A stretch of DNA of 64,000 nt. Source: an uncultured Clostridia bacterium (GTDB lineage: Bacteria > Acidobacteriota > Aminicenantia > JBFLYD01 > JBBIMS01). The stretch is from NCBI GenBank assembly GCA_964649495.1, contig CAZYPR010000007.1, positions 7,330 to 71,329 of the forward strand. Reading direction: 5' to 3'. Position numbers and translations under genes: made by a program. Shown here one piece after another: positions 1 to 8,997 of the stretch. The number at the start of each line of letters is the position of its first letter. The stretch's first letter is position 1. The notes beneath the pieces are model-generated. The model did not search any database. It was not told where the DNA came from and saw nothing but the letters and a program-made list of their open reading frames with translations.

Positions 1-1022
1 TTCAACTTCAGAAGAAAATTAATTCCAAAACCAGTAAATATTGCCATAAATAAATATACTGGAATGTAATTTACTTCTACATCAATTATTGAATATGAGG
101 CTGAGAAAAAAAGAAAGAGGAGAGGAGATAGAAGGAGCAAAATCAGTACTTTGAAATTTTTAAAAAGAGCAAAAATACCTGAAGCTAAAATTATAAGGGA
201 TGAGAATGTAAGATTTGACGGGATGCTGGAAAAAAATTTAGATAGACCGTAAAAAATAGAGTTAAGAGTTAGCGAGCTAAGTCTTTTCTTCCATACCCCT
301 CCTGAAACAAAATATATAAAATCCTTAATATTTTTTATGGAAAACTCCGAATAAACTGATTTGTTGGCTCTCCCCACTAAGAACAAATAAAGGCTAAACA
401 ATATCATAATGGAAATGACTGAGAATAAGATTGCTCTTTTTCCCAATAATGATTTTGGACTGATAAGGAGAATAAAGATAAAGATTGATGGAAAGAGGAT
501 TAGAATTGTCATGTGGTTTGAAAGACTAAAAATGGAAAAGAAAAGGGAAAAGGAAAGGAATCTCTCATCCATTTTATCTCTCCAGAGGATTAAAAAATAA
601 ACTATTAAAATTATAAAAAATGAATTCAGAGTGTAAACCTCTGCCTCTGTTGACTGAGACCAGAATATTTTTCCAAAGGCAAAGATTGATGTTGCAATCA
701 ATGAAGAAAAAATATTTGCTCCGATTTGCCTCATAACTTTGTAAAGAAAAAAAAGGGTTAAAATTGCAAAAAAGGTTGATATAAGATTTACTTTTGTGAA
801 TAGAGGTAGGGGAAGAGGGAGCCTTGAAAATATTGCTGAAAGAAGAATAAATAGAGGATATCCTGGTGGGTGAGGTGTTCCCAGGACTTTGCCGATGAAT
901 TGCCATTTCATAGAATCTCCCGCATTCACTCTTCCACCCGGACCAGGGAAAAGGGTAAGAAGATAAATAATGAAAATTGATAAGAGGAAGAAGTAAAGAA
1001 TTAGATTCTCTCTAAACTTCAA
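1..1022 (-). CDS. DUF2723 / TMEM260-like multi-pass membrane protein (putative GT-C glycosyltransferase), 3' end runs off the window
   Basis: Not in the ORF track (no stop in window). Manual translation from TTG at 1022 is open to base 1: MKFRENLILYFFLLS...NAGDSMKWQFIGKVLGTPHPPGYPLF...FWSQSTEAEVYTLN...SNHMT...DVEVNYIP. GDS/HPPGYP/FWSQ-AEVY motifs are typical of DUF2723. Confidence 0.85.
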   Translation of the reverse strand, partial: MKFRENLILYFFLLSIFIIYLLTLFPGPGGRVNAGDSMKWQFIGKVLGTPHPPGYPLFILLSAIFSRLPLPLPLFTKVNLISTFFAILTLFFLYKVMRQIGANIFSSLIATSIFAFGKIFWSQSTEAEVYTLNSFFIILIVYFLILWRDKMDERFLSFSLFFSIFSLSNHMTILILFPSIFIFILLISPKSLLGKRAILFSVISIMILFSLYLFLVGRANKSVYSEFSIKNIKDFIYFVSGGVWKKRLSSLTLNSIFYGLSKFFSSIPSNLTFSSLIILASGIFALFKNFKVLILLLLSPLLFLFFSASYSIIDVEVNYIPVYLFMAIFTGFGINFLLKL

Positions 1023-1026
1023 AGTT

Positions 1027-1722
1027 TTAATAGTAGAGGTTTAAACCCAGCGAAATATAATTCCCTGAAAACTTGTATTGGGCAGATTCGGAATATCTTG
1101 AATAGAAAAGGAAAAGATAAAATGGCTCCTTTGGTGAATAGATAAAGCCTATGGAGGCGGAGTAAGCATTAATATCTTCAGAATTTCTGTAAAAATAAAA
1201 ATTCGAATTGAGCTCGATATTCTTCATTAACTTTAATTTAAAACCACCCTTTAAAGAATATAGAAAAATGTCTCTTATATCCTCCTCAGGATACCAGAGA
1301 ATAGAACTCTCCCTGAGAAGGTAAAAACCAATTTCTGTTTTTAACCAATTGAGTAAAGGTTTTGAAAATCCACAGTCAAGGGCAAATGCTTTGTAAGAAT
1401 CGGTTCCTGTGAGAAAAGAGAGAGCTGAGTAAAGTTCTGTCCCAGGATTCTGAAAATAATAAACAAAAGAGAAATTAGAAATATTTGCATTTCTTTTCTT
1501 CTCAGTTTCTTCTATTATATATTCGAAGCTTATATTGTGATTGTAGTATTTAATGAGAAAGGAAGAGTTTTGAGAGACAGGATATCTCAATCCGAGCCAT
1601 GGAGTAAGGAGTAAAAGCTTGTTTGAGCCAGCTGTAGATTCAATTCCAAACTGGGGGTAGATAGCGGAAAATGAAAGTTTTGAGAGTAATATAATGAAAA
1701 ATGTAATCTTAAATATTTTCAT
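1027..1722 (-). CDS. Exported protein, probable outer-membrane beta-barrel
   Basis: Signal-peptide-like N-terminus (MKIFKITFFIILLSKLSFSA) from internal ATG 1722; alternating aromatic/hydrophobic strands; C-terminal ISLGLNLYY. ORF track starts at 1767. Confidence 0.6.
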   Translation of the reverse strand: MKIFKITFFIILLSKLSFSAIYPQFGIESTAGSNKLLLLTPWLGLRYPVSQNSSFLIKYYNHNISFEYIIEETEKKRNANISNFSFVYYFQNPGTELYSALSFLTGTDSYKAFALDCGFSKPLLNWLKTEIGFYLLRESSILWYPEEDIRDIFLYSLKGGFKLKLMKNIELNSNFYFYRNSEDINAYSASIGFIYSPKEPFYLFLFYSRYSESAQYKFSGNYISLGLNLYY

Positions 1723-1791
1723 ATCTTCCCTCATAACTATTTTAGCTATTATTTTTAATCTTTTCATTTCAAATTGTCAAGGGGTCTCCTA

Positions 1792-1820
1792 TTCAAAATT
1801 TTTTTTAAAGGTTGTATTAT
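1792..1820 (+). promoter_or_regulatory. sigma70-type promoter of fen (leaderless geometry)
   Basis: TTCAAA(1792-97)-17 nt-TATTAT(1815-20), ATG 6 nt downstream, no SD. Confidence 0.5.
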
Positions 1821-1826
1821 TTTATC

Positions 1827-2822
1827 ATGGGTGTAAATCTTACTCCTATTATTTTAAAAAAAGAGATTGAACTTTCAGAGTTAAGGGATAAAGTGATAGC
1901 GGTTGATGGAAATGGTGAGTTATATCAATTTCTTGCCCTTATAAGAATGCCCGACGGAACACCCCTTCGTGATCCTTATGGTAATATTACATCTCATCTT
2001 GTAGGACTTCTCTATCGAACAACAAGATTGATAGGTGAATATGGAATAAAACTTGTATTTGTTTTTGATGGAAAACCTCCAGAACTAAAGGAGAAGGAAC
2101 TTCAAAAAAGAAGGGAATTAAAAGAAAGGTATTTGATGGAGTATGAGATTGCCCTTGCGGAAGGAGATCTCAGGAAAGCTTTTTCAAAGGCAACAATGAC
2201 ATCTCGGCTGACAACTTCAATGATTGAGGATGCCAAAAAGCTTTTATCCCTTCTCGGAATTCCCTATGTTCAAGCGCCTTCTGAGGGTGAAGCTCAGGCA
2301 TCTTACATGGTTAAAAGGGGAGATGCTTGGGCTACAGGAAGTAAAGACTACGACTCCCTACTTTTTGGCACCCCACGTCTTGCAAGATTCATAACCCTTT
2401 CCGGAAAAGAATTTCTTCCGAGCAAGGGAAAATTCAGACCATTAAAACCTGAAATTATAGAAAGGGATGAAATTCTCCAAATTTATGAAATAACTTATGA
2501 ACAGCTCATAGATATATCAATTCTTGTGGGAACAGATTTCAATGAGGGTGTAAAAGGGATAGGTCCAAAGAAGGCTCTCACCTTGATAAAGGAGTATGGT
2601 TGTATTGAAAATTTACCAGATGAGATAAAAGATAAATTGGAAGAATATGAAGAGATAAGGAATATATACCTTCATCCAAATATTACAGACAATTATTCAA
2701 TATCCTATGGAAAGATTGAAGAGAGGGAGCTGATAAAATTTCTTTGTGAGGAAAAGGGTTTTTCCCAGAAAAGGGTGGAGATGGCAATAGAAAGAATGGT
2801 TTCTATGGGGAAACTTTTTTAG
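1827..2822 (+). CDS. fen: Archaeal-type flap endonuclease FEN1
   Basis: MGVNL start, AVDG..LYQFL..IR..DGTPL.D..G.ITSHL.GL.YR, VFDGKPP.LK, APSEGEAQA, S.DYDSLLFG, H3TH GTDFNEGVKGIGPKKAL; FEN1/XPG-type rather than bacterial PolA 5' nuclease domain. Confidence 0.93.
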   Translation: MGVNLTPIILKKEIELSELRDKVIAVDGNGELYQFLALIRMPDGTPLRDPYGNITSHLVGLLYRTTRLIGEYGIKLVFVFDGKPPELKEKELQKRRELKERYLMEYEIALAEGDLRKAFSKATMTSRLTTSMIEDAKKLLSLLGIPYVQAPSEGEAQASYMVKRGDAWATGSKDYDSLLFGTPRLARFITLSGKEFLPSKGKFRPLKPEIIERDEILQIYEITYEQLIDISILVGTDFNEGVKGIGPKKALTLIKEYGCIENLPDEIKDKLEEYEEIRNIYLHPNITDNYSISYGKIEERELIKFLCEEKGFSQKRVEMAIERMVSMGKLF

Positions 2823-4371
2823 ATATCCCAAAACCACCTCCTCCAGGGGTCTCTATTCTCAGCACATCTCCCGCCCTTGCTTTAAAATTTACCTTTGATG
2901 GCAAAAGAACTTTTCGCCTACCCCTTATCAGATAGTTTCTACCTGTCTTTCCAGACACCCCACCTTTAAGACCATAGGGAGGAACCCTCCTCCTTTCTGA
3001 TAAGATACTTACCTCAGTTTCGACATAAAATTTGTATTCTCTCACAATGCCATCTCCTCCAAAAAATTTCCCCTTACCTCCCGAGCCTTTCCTAAGGAGA
3101 TACTTATTAATCCTTATTGGAAGGTAATGTTCAAGGGCTTCAATGGGTGTATTTAATGAGTTTGTCATGTGGCAATGAACTCCAGATATTCCATGCCATC
3201 CAGGACCTGCTCCCGCCCCTCCTCCTATAGTCTCGTAATAAGCAAAATTTTCACCATTCAAATCTACTCCGCCGAAGGAAATGTTATTCATTGTTCCCTG
3301 ACTTGCAGAAGGAATCTTATCGGGCATGGCTTTTGAAAGTGCTCCGAGTAGAACATCCACAATCCGCTGGGAGGTCTCTACATTTCCACCCGCAACTGCA
3401 AATGGTTTTCCCGCATTCACTATACTCCTTTCAGGAAGAATTAAATCTATAGGTCTCATAATTCCTGAGTTTACAGGAATATCCTCTCCCATTATACTTT
3501 TCATAACATAAAGCACTGCTGAATAGGTTACTGCAAAGTTTGCATTTATTCCACCTTTTACCTGAGGGGAGCTGCCTGAAAAATCTATTAATATTTTTTC
3601 CTTTTCGACCTTTATCTTTACCTTTATTAGTATATTCTTTTTTTCAAATCCATCATCATCCATATAATCTAAGAATGTGTATGTTCCTGAAGGAATTTTC
3701 TTAATAAAAGCTTTGAAGAGCCTCTCACTGTAATCAATAAGATTCTTTGCATTTTCAAGGCTCTTTTCAATTCCGTATTTTTCAACTACTTCCTTTAATC
3801 TTTCCATTCCCCTCTTATTGGATGCAATCTGAGCAATTATGTCTCCTTCCCTTTCTTCTGGGGTTCTAACATTGGATAATATAATTTTCATAACATCCTC
3901 ACTTATCTCACCCCTTCTAACAATCTTAACAGGTGGGATTATCAAGCCTTCCTGATATATTTCACCGGCAAGGGGCATTGAGCCAGGTTTTATTCCACCA
4001 ACATCACTGTGATGAGCACGGTTAGCAACAATAAATATTAATTTTTTATCAAAATAAAAGGGAGAAATAAGGGTCAGATCTGGAAGATGGGTTCCACCTT
4101 TATAAGGGTCATTTAAAATAACCATATCCCCCTCTTCAAGGGCAACATCCTTAATAGCTTCCTTTACCGAAAGGGGCATTGCGCCAAGATGAACTGGAAT
4201 GTGAGAGCCAAAAGCAAAACTTTCACCATCAGATGTGAAAAGGGCACAGGAGTAATCCTGTCTTTCCTTAATATTTGGAGAGAATGCTGACTTTTTTAGA
4301 ACGCTCCCCATTTCATCACAAATTGATTGGTAAATATTCCTGAAAATCTCTATTTCAACTGGATCAAACAT
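2803..4371 (-). CDS. Hydantoinase B / 5-oxoprolinase subunit
   Basis: FSPNIKERQDYSCALF, HIPVHLGAM, NDPYKGGTHLPD, RAHHSDVGG, GGNVETSQRIVD, ETPGGGGFG motifs. Confidence 0.92.
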   Translation of the reverse strand: MFDPVEIEIFRNIYQSICDEMGSVLKKSAFSPNIKERQDYSCALFTSDGESFAFGSHIPVHLGAMPLSVKEAIKDVALEEGDMVILNDPYKGGTHLPDLTLISPFYFDKKLIFIVANRAHHSDVGGIKPGSMPLAGEIYQEGLIIPPVKIVRRGEISEDVMKIILSNVRTPEEREGDIIAQIASNKRGMERLKEVVEKYGIEKSLENAKNLIDYSERLFKAFIKKIPSGTYTFLDYMDDDGFEKKNILIKVKIKVEKEKILIDFSGSSPQVKGGINANFAVTYSAVLYVMKSIMGEDIPVNSGIMRPIDLILPERSIVNAGKPFAVAGGNVETSQRIVDVLLGALSKAMPDKIPSASQGTMNNISFGGVDLNGENFAYYETIGGGAGAGPGWHGISGVHCHMTNSLNTPIEALEHYLPIRINKYLLRKGSGGKGKFFGGDGIVREYKFYVETEVSILSERRRVPPYGLKGGVSGKTGRNYLIRGRRKVLLPSKVNFKARAGDVLRIETPGGGGFGISKKVSP

Positions 4372-6334
4372 TTCCCTTCCTTATTATAAGGTTAAAAAAT
4401 TCATCCACATAACATTCATAAAGTGGGGGAACAAAGGTGGTTCCATCATAAGATGAAACAATGGAAGGACCTTTTATTAGATTGCCAGGTTGCAATCTCT
4501 CCCTTATGTAAATCTTAGCATTTAAAAAATCTCCATTATAATAAATCTTCCTTTCTCTATCCAAAGCATTCTCAGGTGATTTATCCGTCAATCTGGCAGA
4601 GGGCAATTTCACCTTATCAACAATTCCTATACCTCTCAGCCTCAAATTTACTATCTCAACTTCCCTATCTATATAAGAGTGAGAATAAAGTTTCATATGA
4701 GTTTTATGAAATTCCTCTAAAAATCCCTCTTTATATGGAATATTTATTTCGTAGGATTGTCCTTTGTATCTCATATCAAGGGATCTTGAAAAAAAAATCC
4801 TTTCTCTTCCAATCTCTTCAATCTTGAATAATTCCATCGCTTCTTTTTCAAGTCCCTTGAATCTCTTCTCTATTTCTTCTCTGTTCATATCTTCAGCCTT
4901 TCTCATAAAAGAGATGGAAAGCTCCTTAACAGAATCAGAAAGAATCATACCCAATGCTGAAAAGACACCCTGAAAATTTGGAACTATTATGCTTTTCATC
5001 CCCAATCTTTCAGCAAGGATAACAGCGCAAATGCCACCCGCTCCTCCAAAAGCGAACAAAGAAAAATCTCTCGGGTCATGACCCCTCTCTACACTCACAA
5101 CCCTCAATGCTTTTTCCATGGTTACTGATGCAACTTTAACAATTCCATCCGCAATCTTATAAACATCCAATCCAATCTTCTTTGCTAATTTTTTTATTGC
5201 TTCAAAACTTTTTTCAGGAAATATTTTCATCTTTCCACCAAGAAAATGCTCTGGAACCATCCAGCCAAGAACCATGAAAGCATCCGTTACTGTTGGAAGG
5301 TCGGAGACCCCATAACATGCAGGACCTGGGTCTGCTCCAGCACTCTCAGGACCAACCTTCAATACCCCACCTCTGTCAATTCTTGCAATTGAGCCTCCTC
5401 CCGCTCCAACTGTTTGAATATCAATCATGGGAATTCTCAAGGGAAGACCTCCGAGAAAGTTCTCTTTGGTTATCTTGAATTCTCCATCTATCAAGCTAAC
5501 ATCAGTGGATGTCCCTCCCATGTCAAGGGTTATAAGCTTTTTTGAGCCTATTAAATTACTCAAATATGCAGCAGAAATCGTTCCACCCGCAGGACCTGAA
5601 AGTAAGGTGAAAACAGGTTTTTTTATGGCAATTTCAGGAGATATAAATCCTCCCTGAGATTGCATTATGAAAAGCCTTGAATGGGAAAGTTCCCCCCTCA
5701 ATTCTGATATATATTTCCCCATGACTGGAATAAGGGAGGCGTTCAGGGCAGTTACAACCCCTCTCTCATATTCTCTGTATTCAGGAAGGATTGAGTGGGA
5801 AGAGGTGCAATAGAAATTCATCTCCTTAAAAATTTCCTCAGCAATTCTTTCATTTTCAGGGTTTGCATAAGAATGGAGAAAAAGGATAGCAACACATTTA
5901 ACATTCTCCTTTTTAAGTCTTTCGCCTATTCTTATAAGCTCTTTTTTTTCAACGAATTTCTCAACTCTTCCGTCAAAAAGGGTTCTTTCACTAACACCAA
6001 AGGAGAGGGATAAAGGAATCAAAGAGTTGGGTTTCTCAGGCTTCAGAGAAAAAAGATTAAGTCTATTTTGTCTACCGATGTGAAGAATATGTTCAAACCC
6101 CTTTGTAACTATGAGCGCAGTTTTTGCAGTTTTGTTTTCAAGGAAAGCATTTGTTGCCACAGTTGTTCCGTGGACAATGATGGGAGAAAATGGAAGGTAA
6201 TCTTTCAATCCTTCAAAAACCGCATTTCCCGGATTTTCAGGTGTTGATGGTATTTTCTTTATGGTAATACTCTTTCCATCGGAAATTACAAAATCAGTAA
6301 AAGTTCCTCCAGTATCAACTCCTACTCTCCACAT
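4364..6334 (-). CDS. Hydantoinase A / 5-oxoprolinase subunit
   Basis: VGVDTGGTFTD, HGTTVATNA, LSGPAGG, DMGGTSTD, GAGGGSIA, FGGAGG; start moved to ATG 6334 on promoter geometry; overlaps the B subunit by 8 nt. Confidence 0.92.
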   Translation of the reverse strand: MWRVGVDTGGTFTDFVISDGKSITIKKIPSTPENPGNAVFEGLKDYLPFSPIIVHGTTVATNAFLENKTAKTALIVTKGFEHILHIGRQNRLNLFSLKPEKPNSLIPLSLSFGVSERTLFDGRVEKFVEKKELIRIGERLKKENVKCVAILFLHSYANPENERIAEEIFKEMNFYCTSSHSILPEYREYERGVVTALNASLIPVMGKYISELRGELSHSRLFIMQSQGGFISPEIAIKKPVFTLLSGPAGGTISAAYLSNLIGSKKLITLDMGGTSTDVSLIDGEFKITKENFLGGLPLRIPMIDIQTVGAGGGSIARIDRGGVLKVGPESAGADPGPACYGVSDLPTVTDAFMVLGWMVPEHFLGGKMKIFPEKSFEAIKKLAKKIGLDVYKIADGIVKVASVTMEKALRVVSVERGHDPRDFSLFAFGGAGGICAVILAERLGMKSIIVPNFQGVFSALGMILSDSVKELSISFMRKAEDMNREEIEKRFKGLEKEAMELFKIEEIGRERIFFSRSLDMRYKGQSYEINIPYKEGFLEEFHKTHMKLYSHSYIDREVEIVNLRLRGIGIVDKVKLPSARLTDKSPENALDRERKIYYNGDFLNAKIYIRERLQPGNLIKGPSIVSSYDGTTFVPPLYECYVDEFFNLIIRKGNV

Positions 6335-6340
6335 AGAGAA

Positions 6341-6369
6341 ATGATATTTCATAAAAATTTAAAGTTCAA
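6341..6369 (-). promoter_or_regulatory. sigma70-type promoter of hydantoinase operon (leaderless geometry)
   Basis: Minus strand TTGAAC-17 nt-TATCAT then 6 nt to ATG 6334. Confidence 0.55.
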
Positions 6370-6386
6370 CTTAAAAAAATTTTTTA

Positions 6387-6414
6387 TTGAAAATAAAATG
6401 ATTTACTGTATAAT
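6387..6414 (+). promoter_or_regulatory. sigma70-type promoter
   Basis: TTGAAA(6387-92)-16 nt-TATAAT(6409-14); AGGAGG SD before ATG 6448. Confidence 0.55.
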
Positions 6415-6447
6415 TAAATCTGAATAAATTAAATAGGAGGTTAAGAA

Positions 6448-6639
6448 ATGCCAAAAAAGAGCGGAGAAAAAAAGACCCTTTTAACAGCTGCTAAGATTGC
6501 TGAGCTTCTTGGGGTTTCAAAGGCAGAAGTTCAGAAAACAATAAAGGAGGCAAATCTCAAACCCGATGAGATAAAGTGCGGTTGCTCATATTTTTCTGAG
6601 GAAAGTGTAGAAAAGATAAAAAAACTTCTCAAAAAATAA
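6448..6639 (+). CDS. Small basic HTH-like protein
   Basis: Strong SD; LLTAAKIAELLGVSKAEVQKTIKE resembles a winged-HTH (MerR/excisionase-like) fold; KCGCSYF in the wing region. Confidence 0.7.
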   Translation: MPKKSGEKKTLLTAAKIAELLGVSKAEVQKTIKEANLKPDEIKCGCSYFSEESVEKIKKLLKK

Positions 6640-6640
6640 C

Positions 6641-7039
6641 TTGTTTACATATTTGCTAATTCTTCATCTTGAAAGATGTTTTTGTTTAAAAATAAAAAAG
6701 AAGTATAGAAAATTCAAAAGAGGATTTTATGTTTATGTGGGTAGTGGGAAAAGATACGGATTTCAAAGGATAATAAGACATTTAAAAAGATCTAAAAAAC
6801 TTAGGTGGCACATCGATTATCTACTTGAGAAAGGAAAAATTGAAAGGATATTGATAATTCTTGGGGAAGGAACAAATGAATGCCAGTTAAGCAGTATTCT
6901 TAATGAAAAAGGGATTGTTCTAATGAAAAAATTTGGCTCTTCGGATTGTAAATGTCTATCCCATCTTTTTTATTTTAAAAATAATCCCTATAGAATAATT
7001 GAATATTCAGTAATTCAATCAATTTCAAAAATTTATTGA
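6641..7039 (+). CDS. GIY-YIG (Uri superfamily, DUF123-type) endonuclease
   Basis: YLLILHL...YVYVGSG...RIIRHL...KKLRWHIDYLL...ECQL...FGSSDCKCLSHLFY. Confidence 0.85.
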   Translation: MFTYLLILHLERCFCLKIKKKYRKFKRGFYVYVGSGKRYGFQRIIRHLKRSKKLRWHIDYLLEKGKIERILIILGEGTNECQLSSILNEKGIVLMKKFGSSDCKCLSHLFYFKNNPYRIIEYSVIQSISKIY

Positions 7040-7106
7040 ATATTATTCATAATTGACTTGACAAATATATTTAAATGAATTTATATTTTATTTAGAGAGG
7101 TGAAAC

Positions 7107-7712
7107 ATGAGAAGAGCAAGGGAAAGAATAAGAATCGATAAAGAAGAAATAATTTTTAGTGCTGCTCTTAAAGTCTTTTGCTCAGAAGGAATTGATGGCG
7201 CAACAATGCAGGAAATTGCGAGGGAAGCGGGTCTTGGAAGAGCAACTGTTTACTATCATTTCCCTTCGAAAAAAGTTATACTTAGAGAAATCCTCATAAC
7301 CACTCTTGATATGTTCTTTAAAGATTTCTTGCAGAATGCAAAGGACATAAAATCAGAGAGCGCTCTTTACGAAAAGATCTTGGAGCATTTTATTAATTTT
7401 TTCAATAAGAATCCCCTCTTCACACAGCTTTACTTCATGGTCTACTCCTATTCAAGAACCACATGGCTGAAAGAGATTCTTAAAGAGTTCAATGAGAGAC
7501 ATATCAAGTGGTTAAATGATATTGAAGAAATGTTTAGAGGAAGGTTCAAAGTGAATCCTACCTATCTTGCTCTTCCAATGACCTTTAGCCATGGTCTGGG
7601 ACTCCTTTTCCTTTCTTCAAGAGATAAGGAGCGCTTGGAAAAGCTCTCTAAAGCATTTATCAATTTAATAAAAAGGGCCCTCAAAGAGGAGCATGAACAG
7701 GAGCAGAAATAA
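7107..7712 (+). CDS. TetR/AcrR family transcriptional regulator
   Basis: N-terminal HTH IIFSAALKVFCSEGIDGATMQEIAREAGLGRATVYYHFPSK. Confidence 0.9.
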   Translation: MRRARERIRIDKEEIIFSAALKVFCSEGIDGATMQEIAREAGLGRATVYYHFPSKKVILREILITTLDMFFKDFLQNAKDIKSESALYEKILEHFINFFNKNPLFTQLYFMVYSYSRTTWLKEILKEFNERHIKWLNDIEEMFRGRFKVNPTYLALPMTFSHGLGLLFLSSRDKERLEKLSKAFINLIKRALKEEHEQEQK

Positions 7713-7755
7713 TAATCAATCCAGTAAGGTCTTTTAGTAAGATTATTTTAAAAGT

Positions 7756-8850
7756 TTATAATTTTATAGGTGCAACAACATATATATAATTTATTTCTAA
7801 ATCCTCTGGTTTTATAAGAACGGGCTTTTCAAAATCCATAATTTCAAATCTTACTTTTTCGCATTGCAGTGAATTCAAAAAATCGACAATGAAAGATGAA
7901 TTGAAAATTATTTCTATGGGTTCTCCTTTATATTCAATTTCTATTTGATCAAGAGCTTCCCCAATTTCAGGATTGAAGGCTCTCATCTGTAAAATATTTT
8001 TCTGGAAAATAAATTTAATGGCTCTTCCCTTCTCAGTTGCAAGAATAGAAACTCTCTTTATTGAATCCCTCAGCTCTTCTCTATTTAAAATTGCTATATT
8101 CATATTTTGAGATGGGATTGCGCTTCTCCATGGTGGGAACCTTGTATCCAATTTCCTGGAAATAAGAAGTCTTCCACCAGTTTCGAAATACAAATTATTA
8201 ACATCGTGGGTAAATTTAAATGATTCGCTCTCTATTTTGCTCAATTCACTTAAAAATTTTTTAGGAAGAATTACCTCAAATTCTTCACTAACATTGAATT
8301 TTCCAGACTCTTTTGTATAAGAAAGTCTATTACCATCTGTTGCAACCATCTCAATAAATGATGGTGAAATCCTTAAAAGAGCTCCTCCAAAGCTAAAATG
8401 AGTCTCTTGGGTTAAAATATAGTCAACTCTTTCTATTAATGTATTTAATAAATTTTGAGGAATATCAAAAAATTTTTCAGAGAAAGGAACTGGTATTTCT
8501 GGAAAATCATCTGGAGGTGAACCAAATAAAATGAATTGAGTTGAATCACCTTTTATCCAGGTTTTTCCTTCTTCCTCCTTAGAAATTTCTATATCTACAC
8601 CTTCTTTGAATGACTTAATTATATCAAAAACTTTTTTGCCAGGAAGAGCAATTTTCCCTTCTGAAATCATATTAACTGGTAGACTCACTCTTATACTAAC
8701 TTCAAGGTCAGTAGCATACATATTTAATTGATGATTTTCACACTCAAAAAGAATTGATGAAAGTATTGGCATGGTATTTCTCTTTTCCACAATTCCTTGA
8801 AGTAAGGAAAGTTCTTTAACTATCAAATCTTTCTTCACTGTAAATTTCAT
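7756..8850 (-). CDS. dnaN: DNA polymerase III beta sliding clamp
   Basis: KRNTMPILS, ATDLEV, VATDGNRLS, FPPWR, FNSSFIVDFL, YVVAPIKL; directly downstream of dnaA. Confidence 0.96.
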   Translation of the reverse strand: MKFTVKKDLIVKELSLLQGIVEKRNTMPILSSILFECENHQLNMYATDLEVSIRVSLPVNMISEGKIALPGKKVFDIIKSFKEGVDIEISKEEEGKTWIKGDSTQFILFGSPPDDFPEIPVPFSEKFFDIPQNLLNTLIERVDYILTQETHFSFGGALLRISPSFIEMVATDGNRLSYTKESGKFNVSEEFEVILPKKFLSELSKIESESFKFTHDVNNLYFETGGRLLISRKLDTRFPPWRSAIPSQNMNIAILNREELRDSIKRVSILATEKGRAIKFIFQKNILQMRAFNPEIGEALDQIEIEYKGEPIEIIFNSSFIVDFLNSLQCEKVRFEIMDFEKPVLIKPEDLEINYIYVVAPIKL

Positions 8851-8997
8851 TTTCCACCTCTTTTTAAATTATTCTTTTATTATATTCAATTTAAAGAAAA
8901 TTAAATAGATTTCACAAATTTTTCTGAAAAAATTGATAAAATAAGTCATATAAATCCTTTTCATTCTCAAAATCCAGTGAAATTTTCTGTGGAAAAA
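8851..8997. other. Candidate oriC part (dnaA-dnaN intergenic, AT-rich, DnaA boxes)
   Basis: Very AT-rich; TGTGGAAAA at 8988-8996 (= TTTTCCACA, fits TT[A/T]TNCACA) and GATTTCACA at 8908-8916. Confidence 0.6.

Noticed and set aside
574-906. Track ORFs 409..600 (+) and 574..906 (-)
   Set aside because: Shadows of the real DUF2723-like gene, which lies in another minus-strand frame and runs off the window.
1812-1826. Track start of FEN1 (MYYFI extension) and similar upstream starts for hydantoinase A, dnaA, 28657, 43711 and 50046
   Set aside because: Family N-termini, SD position or promoter geometry support the internal starts used above.
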